Below are positions 28,601 to 37,571 of a stretch of 53,549 bases of DNA, piece by piece. Origin of the DNA: Thermodesulfobacteriota bacterium (GTDB lineage: Bacteria > Desulfobacterota > Desulfobacteria > Desulfobacterales > SURF-7); the NCBI GenBank assembly GCA_049320885.1, contig JBMORA010000056.1, positions 1 to 53,549 of the forward strand. Reading direction: 5' to 3'. The position numbers and the translations under genes are program-made. The notes beneath the pieces are model-generated. The model was not told the origin of the DNA. It searched no databases and saw only the letters and a program-made list of their open reading frames with translations. Each line of letters opens with the position of its first letter. The stretch's first letter is position 1.

Positions 28601-30256
28601 ATGAGCGGACTGTTGATCAATTATGCCGGCGTGCCCCATGAAATATCGTCCCTCTTCCCGGACAACGGGCTGGCGATTCTCGCCGCGGCGCTGGAAGAAA
28701 AAAACCAGAAGGTACGGATTCTGGATTTTTCCACCACCGACACCATCCGGCAGGTATATACCGAGGAAATTCGAAAACCATTGAGCGACATCGCCAGCGA
28801 CGTGTTCGGTCCGGGCAGGCTCGACCAACGGCAAACATCCGCCTTGCAAGGCCTGGACGACCTCATCATTCGCAGCGAAAATCGCTTCCTGCAACAATCC
28901 ATCGATTTTCTGAACCGCCACATCAAACGGCACCGCATCGTCTGGGTTGGATTCAAGTTGTGGATGGGCGCCATCCGTCAATCCATGACCATGGCCGCGG
29001 CGTTAAAAAAGACGCATCCGCGCCTCCGGATTTTCGGCGGCGGACCCGGAGCCGACCTTTTTCAGGAAGCGATTCTCCAAAAATACCCGTTCATCGACGC
29101 CCTGGTTCTATCCGAAGGGGAGCAATCGCTTCCGCTGCTGGTGGAATGGCTGGGCGGCAAGCTCAAACGCGCACGAATCCCCGGTATCCTGTATCGCGAC
29201 GGCATCAAAATCCGCCGGAATCCCGTGGAACGGATAACGGATCTGAATCACCTGCCCTACCCGGTCTATGATCCCGAGATTTACCCGGCCATGGCGGGTG
29301 ACGGGAAGATGAAAATCCTGTGTTTCGACGACGGTCGGGGATGCCCCATGGGTTGCGCGTTTTGTCCGGGGACAGCGAAGTTCGGCACCACCCGGATTGA
29401 AAAAACGGCCGACCGGTGCGTCGCGGAACTGGAACATCTGACGGCACGCCACGGCGTGACCTATTACCGCTTCTCCGGCTCCAACACATCGGCCGGATTG
29501 CTTTCGGAAATCGCCGATCGGCTGCTTTCCCGCAGCCTGGACATCACGTTCGCCGTGTTCACCTCCGCCTTGGGATTGACCGCGGCGGCCGTGCGGAAAC
29601 TGGCCCGGGCGGGTCTGTACTCGATCTTCACGGGCATCGAATCCGTCGACGACCACCAGCGGAAACACCTCTTGGGAAAATCTCAGTCGATCCGACATCT
29701 GACAACCGTATTCGAAGCCTGCAGGGATTCCGGAGTCTTCATATCCACCAGCGTGATCCATCCGGCGCCCTTTGCCTCGGGCGCCATTCTGGAAAAAAAT
29801 CTGGATTACCTGGTGGCCCTCCTGAAAGGCTATGAGAATTGTTCCGTGGCCCTGTATCCGGCAGGCCTGTATCCGCATACAAAATGGTTCGAACGCCTGG
29901 AGGATTTCGGCTTTTCCCTGCAAGGGGTTTCCCGGGAGGCCTACATCGAAACCCTGCTGGATTACCGGTACAACATCGTGCTGCCGCGCTATCTCTGGAA
30001 AGACCTGCCCTATGCGCTGAACGGGAGGCCTTTCAAGCACCTCTTGATGGAAACCAACGAACTGGCGACACACCTGCAGCAGCACGGCATCCTGACCTAT
30101 CTGGTGGAAGCCAACCTGATGATGGCGCCGGCCCTTGGATATCGGCGCTACAAGGATTTCGCCCGGGATTCCAATATCGCTTTCTTCAGCGGCGACGCTT
30201 CGCGGCTGGAGCAATGGAACGAACAATTCAACCGCATTCAGAAGCAACCCCATTGA
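28601..30256 (+). CDS. B12-binding-domain radical SAM enzyme
   Basis: N-terminal NGLAILAAAL..VRILD, IFGGGP, SEGE, LPYP (B12-binding/class B signature); GRGCPMGCAFC; FTGIES; LYPHTKW. Confidence 0.88.
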   Translation: MSGLLINYAGVPHEISSLFPDNGLAILAAALEEKNQKVRILDFSTTDTIRQVYTEEIRKPLSDIASDVFGPGRLDQRQTSALQGLDDLIIRSENRFLQQSIDFLNRHIKRHRIVWVGFKLWMGAIRQSMTMAAALKKTHPRLRIFGGGPGADLFQEAILQKYPFIDALVLSEGEQSLPLLVEWLGGKLKRARIPGILYRDGIKIRRNPVERITDLNHLPYPVYDPEIYPAMAGDGKMKILCFDDGRGCPMGCAFCPGTAKFGTTRIEKTADRCVAELEHLTARHGVTYYRFSGSNTSAGLLSEIADRLLSRSLDITFAVFTSALGLTAAAVRKLARAGLYSIFTGIESVDDHQRKHLLGKSQSIRHLTTVFEACRDSGVFISTSVIHPAPFASGAILEKNLDYLVALLKGYENCSVALYPAGLYPHTKWFERLEDFGFSLQGVSREAYIETLLDYRYNIVLPRYLWKDLPYALNGRPFKHLLMETNELATHLQQHGILTYLVEANLMMAPALGYRRYKDFARDSNIAFFSGDASRLEQWNEQFNRIQKQPH

Positions 30257-30278
30257 AAATGACCACCGGAATCTGAAA

Positions 30279-33200
30279 ATGGAAAAACCATCCTTCGATC
30301 CAAAGCTGACCCGTCAGCATTTCAGCACCAAGATCTTCAAGGTGTACCTGCGCTGCATGGAAATCCATTACCCGCATGTGGATGTCCACGCCGTCTGCGA
30401 AAAAGCCGGCCTCTCCTACGCCTATATCATGGATGAAAACAACTGGGTCTCGACGATCTTCGACCGGCGGTTCACCGAGGAGAGCATCCGGGCCTCCGGC
30501 GATCCGGATCTTCCTTATAAATCCGGACAGATGAGCCTGACGGCGGACGGCATGGGCAGCGCGCTCTACTATCTCCTGCGCTATACCCTCTCCACGACGC
30601 GCATCTACCGAACCTTGTCTGCCCAGATCTTGCATTTCACCAAAATTCTGACCATGCGGATCCTGTCCGTGGAAAAAAACGTGATCCGGATCCAGTACCA
30701 TCCTGTGCGGCTCCAGGAGTTGACCGCTGAGGAGCGCGGAGCCCTGATCGCGAATCTGGATCACATCTATCGGAACGCCGTCGGCTACCTCAAATCCGTG
30801 CCGAAAATCCACGACAACCCCGAAGCGGAGATCGATCACCACACGGAATTGTCCCCGGAAGGAATTCCCGAACTGTTCATGAACGTGACCTACCGGGACA
30901 GAAATCCCATGAAGCGGATGGCGAAGCCGCTTGCGGCGGTCCTGCTTTTTTCGGTTTTCTGCGCCGTCGTCTGGAGGTCCGGCTTTCAGCCCCTGTACCT
31001 GGAGCCGGACATCGTCAAGGGCCTTTTGGTATCCGGAGTGTTTTCCGGAGCGCTGCTGGCAGTGCTGCTCAGCCTTTACCTGAAACACCGCCGGATTCCC
31101 ATCGAAACCCGGAGCACCATCGCCAAGCTGGACGCCCAGTACCGGGATCTGCAGAAAGCCAAGGAAAAAATCGAGGACATGAATATCGCTCTGCAAAAAG
31201 CGGACAAGCTGAAGGACGACTTCCTGTCCAATACTTCCCACGAACTGCGGACACCCCTGAACGGCATCATCGGCATAGCCGAATCACTCCTGGACGGGGC
31301 TGCCGGCGACCTTTCGGCAGAAACCCGTCGGAATCTGCAATTGATCGCCAGCAGCGGCAAGCGTCTGGCCGACCTGGTGAACGATATCCTGGATTTTTCG
31401 AAGTTGAAAAACAGGGACATATTGCTGAAAAAGGGCCCGGTGGACATCCGCCAGCTGGCCGACGTGGTCCTGACCATTGCCACCCCCTTGACCACCGGAA
31501 AGGATCTGCGCCTGATCAATGAGATCCCGGAAGATTTTCCCCTGCTGGACGGGGATGAAAACAGGCTCCACCAGATTCTGCTCAACCTGGTGGGCAACGC
31601 CGTCAAATTTTCCGACCGGGGCGACATTTCGGTGAGGGCCGCGGTGGAAGGCAAATCCGCCCGGATCAGTGTCGCCGATAACGGCATCGGCATTCCGGCG
31701 GACCAGCACGAAAACATTTTCAAATCCTTCGAACAGGCGGACGGTTCCATCGCGCGTGAATACGGCGGGACCGGACTCGGTCTTTCGGTCACCAAAAGCC
31801 TCGTGGAAATACACGGCGGCCGGATCTGGGTGGAATCCAGTCCCGGCAGAGGCGCCGTCTTTTTCTTCACCATTCCCCTTTCGGAACGGCCGCTGAAGAC
31901 CGCGCCCCGGGATCAAACGGCGAAACAGCCCCCGGGGCTTAACGGGCTGAGACGAGAAGACGGGGCTGCCCCGGAACTCCCGGCGAAAACCTTCCGGGAA
32001 AAAAGAAAGCCGGTTAACGACCGCCGGATGGTCGCGGTCGGACCACCCGAAGGCGAGATGGATGCGCGAACGGGATTTTACGATCGAAGGGAGAAATTGC
32101 TGGTGAACGATCTGGCCGGCATCCAGGTGCTGGCCGTGGATGACGAACCGGTCAACCTGCAGGTGATCCGCAACAACCTGCACCTGGCCGGAGCCTCGGT
32201 CCTTACCGCCGTATCGGGCCCCGAAGCCCTCGAAACCATCCGGCAGGCGAAACCGGATATCATTCTCCTGGACATCATGATGCCCAAAATGAACGGTTAT
32301 GAAACCGCCAGGCGGATCCGTTCCCTGTTTTCAAAAGAGGAACTCCCGATCCTGTTCCTTTCCGCCAAAAACCAGGTGCGGGACCTGGTGGACGGGTTCG
32401 TGAGCGGTGGCAATGACTACATCACCAAACCCCTTTCCAAAAACGAGCTGCTGGCGAGAATCCGGTTCCACGCGGGTTTGACCAGGTCGCGGATCAAACT
32501 AGCGGAGACCGAAAAAAAATACAGCACCATCCTTGCCAGCATCGAGGAGGGCTATTTCGAAACCGGCCTGAGCGGCAATTTCACTTTCTGGAACGATTCC
32601 TTCGTCCGGATGACCGGATATCAACCGGAAGAGCTGGCCGGTGGGAATTTCGGCGCACTGATGGAGGAAAGGGTCCGGAAAAATGTGTTCAAAGCCGCCA
32701 ACCGCGTGTTCCGGACCGGGGAGCCGACCAAGGGATTTGAATTCGAACTCCGCCAAAAAACCGGAACGAAACTGGCAGTGGAAATATCCATATCCCTGAT
32801 CCGGAACGCCCAAGGAAGCCCCCTCGGTTTTCGGGGAATCGCGCGGGATATCACCGACCGCCGGGAAAAAGAAAAGGCGGAAAACGACCGCAAGACCGCC
32901 GAAGCGGCCACCCGCGCCAAAAGCGAATTTCTCGCCAACATGAGCCATGAGATCAGAACCCCGATGAACGCCATCATCGGTTTCAGCAGTCTGGCGCTGG
33001 AGGCGGATCTACCCCAGAAACGCCGGGAATATCTGAGAAAGATCAGGTCCTCGGCCGGGTCCCTGCTAAGCATTCTCAACGATATCCTCGACGTCTCCAA
33101 AATCGAGGCCGGCAAACTGACCATGGAAAGCGTCGCCTTCCAGCTGACGGACGTGCTGGAAAACGTCACCGACATGTTCGCGGCCAAGGTTGCCGAAAAA

Positions 33201-35156
33201 CATCTGGAACTTTTGATCGCCGTCGACCCGCTTGCCCCCACGGCCTTGATCGGCGACCCCCTGCGGCTGGGCCAGATCCTGATCAACCTGATGAGCAATG
33301 CCCTTAAATTCACGGATAGCGGCGACATCCGCCTGGAAGTCGTCCCGCTGGAGCAGCCCCCCGAAGAGGTCACCCTGCGGTTTTCCGTAACGGACACGGG
33401 AATCGGTATCAACACGGATCAAAAGGCGAAATTGTTTTCAGCCTTCACCCAGGCGGACAGCTCCGTCACCCGGAGATACGGCGGCACCGGCCTGGGCCTT
33501 GCCATCAGCAAGCGCCTGGTGGAGCTGATGGATGGCGCCATTGATTTCACCAGCGAACCCGGAGCCGGCAGCACCTTCTTCTTCACAGCGCGTTTCAGAC
33601 GGCAAACGGCGGCTGATCAGCCGCCCCTGCTGGTTCCGGAGGATATCCGGGGCCTGCGGGCCCTGGTGGTGGATGATATTCCGGTGAGCCGGGACCATCT
33701 GGTCCATCTCCTGAATGAATTCGGCTGCCGGGCCGTGGGTGTGGAAAACGCGGGAAAAGCGCTGGAACTCATGCGCCGCTCCGCCGGGTCAACCGAGCCC
33801 TTCGGGCTGGTGGTGACCGACTGGCGGCAGCCGCCCGGACTCGACGGTGTCGCCCTTGCGCAAGCGCTTGGCAAGGACCCCTCCCTTGCCGGCACGGCCG
33901 TCATCGTCAAAACATTTTTCTGCCGCCGCAGCGATATGGAACAGGCCGCGGCAGCAGGGATCCGGGCGGTGGTCAACAAACCGATCGCCAGGCAGCGGTT
34001 TTTTGAAATCCTCCTGGAGGCGCTCGGTAAACGGACGGACGAACAACCCGCCCGGGATGAGGCCATATCCGCGGAGGATCACCGGACGGGCGCGGATATA
34101 GCCGGCAAACACATTCTCCTGGTGGAAGACAATGTCCTGAACCAGCAGATCGTCGCCGATGTGCTGACCAGGGCCGGCCTGCGCGTGGAGATCGCCGCCA
34201 ATGGACAAGAGGCCCTCGGACGACTCGCCGAAGGGGTCTATGACGCCGTGCTCATGGATGTGCAGATGCCCGTCATGGATGGATTCGAAACCACCCGCCT
34301 GATACGCGGCCAGGCCCGCTTCCGTGATCTGCCCATCATCGCCATGACAGCGCGCACCGTGGAGGAGGATGCCGGCAGATGCCTTGCCGCGGGGATGAAC
34401 GGATATATCGATAAAACCATTGACGCGACCCGGCTGGTCAACACCCTGGCCGGTCATATCCAGCGCTTGCACAACACGGAACGGCCGTCCCTGCCGCCGC
34501 GGACCACGGACGGCCAGCCCGGGCAATGGCATGGAGATCCGCCGGGAATCGATGTCGCCGCCGTGCTCAAAAGGGTCGAGGGCAACCGGCGGACCCTGCT
34601 CAAACTGTTCCAGGGATTCGAACGGGAATACGCCGGCGGCGTCCGGAAAATCCAGGCGGCTTACCGCAGCGGCGATATCGAAGACTGCATCCGCTGCGTT
34701 CATACTTTGAAGGGCCTGGCCGGCAACATTTCCGCCCCCGGGCTTTATGCCGCGGCCGCCGATCTGGAAAAAGCGCTGCAAACAGGGAACCGGCCGGAAA
34801 CGGAAATCTGCCTGGCGCATTGCCAAAAAGCCCTGGACATGGTTCTGGATTCCATCCGGCAATCGGCGTTCATGGAGGACCCGGCGCCGGCCCTTCCGGA
34901 ATCGCCGCCCGTCCGCGATTCCCGCCGTAAGGCGGCCCTGCTTGCGGAACTGGAGCGTCTGCTTGCGGAAAACAACTATAAGGCCCTCGACATCATCGAG
35001 GAGCTGAAACAGTGCGCCCATGACGCCCGGTACGGTGACTTTCTGCACACCCTGGACGAGCAGATCGGCAGGTTCCAGTTCAAGGAGGCGCAGCTCACCC
35101 TCGCCCGCATGTCCGGCAGCAGCGACGCCGGCGATACCGAAGGGATGCGGCAGTGA
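30279..35156 (+). CDS. Double hybrid sensor histidine kinase: N-terminal cytoplasmic sensor - 2TM - HisKA/HATPase - REC - PAS - HisKA/HATPase - REC(degenerate) - REC - Hpt
   Basis: [12 protein letters not shown] and [13 protein letters not shown]-boxes; two N/G1/F/G2 sets (GGTGLGL); LLDIMMP, VTDWRQP and LMDVQMP receivers; [11 protein letters not shown]pt. Start placed at ATG 30279. Confidence 0.9.
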   Translation: MEKPSFDPKLTRQHFSTKIFKVYLRCMEIHYPHVDVHAVCEKAGLSYAYIMDENNWVSTIFDRRFTEESIRASGDPDLPYKSGQMSLTADGMGSALYYLLRYTLSTTRIYRTLSAQILHFTKILTMRILSVEKNVIRIQYHPVRLQELTAEERGALIANLDHIYRNAVGYLKSVPKIHDNPEAEIDHHTELSPEGIPELFMNVTYRDRNPMKRMAKPLAAVLLFSVFCAVVWRSGFQPLYLEPDIVKGLLVSGVFSGALLAVLLSLYLKHRRIPIETRSTIAKLDAQYRDLQKAKEKIEDMNIALQKADKLKDDFLSNTSHELRTPLNGIIGIAESLLDGAAGDLSAETRRNLQLIASSGKRLADLVNDILDFSKLKNRDILLKKGPVDIRQLADVVLTIATPLTTGKDLRLINEIPEDFPLLDGDENRLHQILLNLVGNAVKFSDRGDISVRAAVEGKSARISVADNGIGIPADQHENIFKSFEQADGSIAREYGGTGLGLSVTKSLVEIHGGRIWVESSPGRGAVFFFTIPLSERPLKTAPRDQTAKQPPGLNGLRREDGAAPELPAKTFREKRKPVNDRRMVAVGPPEGEMDARTGFYDRREKLLVNDLAGIQVLAVDDEPVNLQVIRNNLHLAGASVLTAVSGPEALETIRQAKPDIILLDIMMPKMNGYETARRIRSLFSKEELPILFLSAKNQVRDLVDGFVSGGNDYITKPLSKNELLARIRFHAGLTRSRIKLAETEKKYSTILASIEEGYFETGLSGNFTFWNDSFVRMTGYQPEELAGGNFGALMEERVRKNVFKAANRVFRTGEPTKGFEFELRQKTGTKLAVEISISLIRNAQGSPLGFRGIARDITDRREKEKAENDRKTAEAATRAKSEFLANMSHEIRTPMNAIIGFSSLALEADLPQKRREYLRKIRSSAGSLLSILNDILDVSKIEAGKLTMESVAFQLTDVLENVTDMFAAKVAEKHLELLIAVDPLAPTALIGDPLRLGQILINLMSNALKFTDSGDIRLEVVPLEQPPEEVTLRFSVTDTGIGINTDQKAKLFSAFTQADSSVTRRYGGTGLGLAISKRLVELMDGAIDFTSEPGAGSTFFFTARFRRQTAADQPPLLVPEDIRGLRALVVDDIPVSRDHLVHLLNEFGCRAVGVENAGKALELMRRSAGSTEPFGLVVTDWRQPPGLDGVALAQALGKDPSLAGTAVIVKTFFCRRSDMEQAAAAGIRAVVNKPIARQRFFEILLEALGKRTDEQPARDEAISAEDHRTGADIAGKHILLVEDNVLNQQIVADVLTRAGLRVEIAANGQEALGRLAEGVYDAVLMDVQMPVMDGFETTRLIRGQARFRDLPIIAMTARTVEEDAGRCLAAGMNGYIDKTIDATRLVNTLAGHIQRLHNTERPSLPPRTTDGQPGQWHGDPPGIDVAAVLKRVEGNRRTLLKLFQGFEREYAGGVRKIQAAYRSGDIEDCIRCVHTLKGLAGNISAPGLYAAAADLEKALQTGNRPETEICLAHCQKALDMVLDSIRQSAFMEDPAPALPESPPVRDSRRKAALLAELERLLAENNYKALDIIEELKQCAHDARYGDFLHTLDEQIGRFQFKEAQLTLARMSGSSDAGDTEGMRQ

Positions 35157-36380
35157 TTACACCAGACCGACTTTTCTCACCGCCCGTTCGAGCTGTTCCA
35201 ACCGATGTTCCCGGTTGCCGGTAATGCCGATCGCGAAGCGGACCAGGCCCGGGGAAATGCCGATTTTATCCTGGTCCTCCGGCGGTATTTCCGAGGAAGT
35301 CGAGGACCCCGAGCAGCTCATCAGGGTGTCATAATACCCGAGCGACACGGCGATCAGGCCGAAACGCTCCTCGTTCTGCAGCACGGTCATCAGGGCTTCG
35401 GCTTTCTTCCTGGTGCCGCAGTCGACGGTCAGCATCCCGCCGAAACCGTAGCCCGGATTGACGAGGGATGCATACAATTCGTGCTGGGGGTGGGATGCCA
35501 GGCCGGGATAGGAAACGGGGGCGCCCAGTTTTTCCAGATGCTCGGCGACGGATAGGGCCCGGCGGCTGTGTTCGCGCATGCGGACGGCCAGGTGGGGCAG
35601 GCGTTGAATGATGTCGAAGGCGACCCGGGGATCCATGGTGGGGCCGAACAGCATGACGCGCCCGGTGTGAAGATCCATGAGCCGGTTGACGAAGGCCTTG
35701 TCGGCACAAATCGCCCCGGCGATCAGATCGCCGGCCCCGTTGACGAATTTCGTAAGGGACGCCACCACGATATCCGCCCCGAGCCTGGCGGGAGACACCA
35801 GCATGGGCGTGAAGGTATTGTCCACCACCAGGGTCAGGTAATAGGAGCGGGCCAGTTTCGACAACCCCGGGATGTCGGCCACGTTCAAGGTGGGGTTGCC
35901 CACGACCTCCGTGTAGATCACCTTTGTCGCTGGCGTGATGGCCTCCTCGAAAGCCGACAGGCGGGTGGTTTCCACAAACGTGGTGGTGATGCCCATTTCC
36001 GGGAGCAGTTCGCGGAGGAGGGCGTGGGTGCCGCCGTAAATGGTGTTGCTGGCCACGATATGATCGCCGGACCGGCAGACCTGAAGCAGGGCGCTTGCAA
36101 TCGCCGACATACCGCTGGCCGTGCAAACGGCGGCTTCGGTTCCCTCCATGGCGGCCATGTACCGATCCAGCACATGCGTGGTGGGGTTGAAATGGCGGCT
36201 GTACAGGAAACAACCGCCTTTGTCCGGTCCCCGCAATCCCTGAAAAATCTCCGGCATGATGGCCGGGTCCATCACGGTGAAGGTGGCGGATCTTGAAATC
36301 GATGGGCATACGCCGCCGTGCTCGCCGAATTCCCGGCGTGCGTTCCACAAGGAATATTCCGGATCAAACCTTGAATGCAT
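35157..36380 (-). CDS. PLP-dependent Cys/Met metabolism enzyme, methionine gamma-lyase-like (plant-MGL-like N-terminus)
   Basis: EFGEHGGV..SI..SATFTVM, YSRHFNPT, ASGMSAI, YGGT, VVDNTF, SLTKF (PLP Lys), AVSLG; ATG 36380 with GGAGG. Confidence 0.85.
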   Translation of the reverse strand: MHSRFDPEYSLWNARREFGEHGGVCPSISRSATFTVMDPAIMPEIFQGLRGPDKGGCFLYSRHFNPTTHVLDRYMAAMEGTEAAVCTASGMSAIASALLQVCRSGDHIVASNTIYGGTHALLRELLPEMGITTTFVETTRLSAFEEAITPATKVIYTEVVGNPTLNVADIPGLSKLARSYYLTLVVDNTFTPMLVSPARLGADIVVASLTKFVNGAGDLIAGAICADKAFVNRLMDLHTGRVMLFGPTMDPRVAFDIIQRLPHLAVRMREHSRRALSVAEHLEKLGAPVSYPGLASHPQHELYASLVNPGYGFGGMLTVDCGTRKKAEALMTVLQNEERFGLIAVSLGYYDTLMSCSGSSTSSEIPPEDQDKIGISPGLVRFAIGITGNREHRLEQLERAVRKVGLV

Positions 36381-36415
36381 GGACGCCTCCCTTGATGCAA
36401 CACGGGTGGGACGGA

Positions 36416-37432
36416 TCACCAGTTTTTGATTTCCAGACCGTTGAAATGCAGATAGGGACCCAGACGGTCATAATGCTCCCGGGAACAGAAATCGGCTTCG
36501 ACGTTCAATTCCTCTATCTGGGTGGTTATGACGTCCTTGCTCACCAGCGACCGCGGCTTATCGTCCAGATTGAATTCGATCCGGAGTTTCTGGCCCACCA
36601 CGAATTGGGGCCGGTTGTTCAACTTCATCCGCAGGCACGGGATGGACAGGCGCGTCACGGTCATCTGGCCCACGACGCTGTTGTCCGGGGCCTTGAATTG
36701 GCCCGCCAGGTTCAATTCTTCGCGGAGTCCCGGATGCGACTCCTTCTTGGCGGCCGGTGTTTTCTGCTCCGCGGCCCGGGTTGATTTTTCCAGCAAATCC
36801 TTCAACGGCATGGCCTGCTGCTTGGCGATTTTCTTTTCCGGCAGGGGCCGGAACGCGAACTGGGCCCGTTTGCGGGCGACAAACGCCAGCGCCGCCGCCT
36901 CGCCTTTCAAGTCCTTGCTCACCGCATTGTACAGGACCCCGTTTTCAAAATAAAACAAACCTTTGTTGCCGCTTGGCAGCCGGATTTCCAGGATGCAGGT
37001 TTTTTTCTCCATCTCGATCATCATCATGAAACTGCTCACGGAAATACCGTGGATGAATCCCTGGGGCGTATCCTGCCCCACCACTTCCAGTATTTCCGGG
37101 CCGAGCTTTTCCGGCGGGAAGGGTTTCCGGAAAAAACGCCGGATATCCTTGGGCAGACTGTCCCGCAGCTTGGGAGTTTCATAGGCCGTCATCACGAAAC
37201 AGGGGATCAGCGGGTAATGGCTGTTGACGTGGGCCAAAAGCTGCAGGCCGTCCACTTCGGGCATCATCACATCCGTGATGACCAGGCTCACCTGGGTCCG
37301 GGCCAGAACGTCCATGGCCTGTTTCCCGTTACCGGCGCCGATGACTTCGAATTTGTCCCGGTATTTCGAAAGGGCCGACGTCAGCAGGCTCAGGTAGATC
37401 GGATCGTCTTCCGCGATCAATACGGTTTTCAT
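36416..37432 (-). CDS. Response regulator: REC - DUF4388/PATAN-like - degenerate PilZ-like domain
   Basis: LIAEDD, ITDVMMP, FRKP; GISVSSFMMMIEMEKKTCIL..GLFYFENG..NA..GEAAA; C-terminal beta-barrel (LRIEFNLDDK). Confidence 0.8.
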   Translation of the reverse strand: MKTVLIAEDDPIYLSLLTSALSKYRDKFEVIGAGNGKQAMDVLARTQVSLVITDVMMPEVDGLQLLAHVNSHYPLIPCFVMTAYETPKLRDSLPKDIRRFFRKPFPPEKLGPEILEVVGQDTPQGFIHGISVSSFMMMIEMEKKTCILEIRLPSGNKGLFYFENGVLYNAVSKDLKGEAAALAFVARKRAQFAFRPLPEKKIAKQQAMPLKDLLEKSTRAAEQKTPAAKKESHPGLREELNLAGQFKAPDNSVVGQMTVTRLSIPCLRMKLNNRPQFVVGQKLRIEFNLDDKPRSLVSKDVITTQIEELNVEADFCSREHYDRLGPYLHFNGLEIKNW

Positions 37433-37501
37433 CTCGGCTCCTACTTGCAGGATGTGGATCGGAGGAGTTCTTCGGGTTCGGCCTTCACTGTTTCCTGCTT
37501 T

Positions 37502-37531
37502 TTTATATCACAACTCCAAAGCCGATGTAAA
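37502..37531 (-). promoter_or_regulatory. Putative sigma70 promoter of the REC-DUF4388 gene
   Basis: Minus strand TTTACA, 18 nt spacer, TATAAA with an extended -10 TG. Confidence 0.4.
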
Positions 37532-37571
37532 CAGCGGCGTTGGAGAACCGGCCGATTCCGATGGAGCCGGG

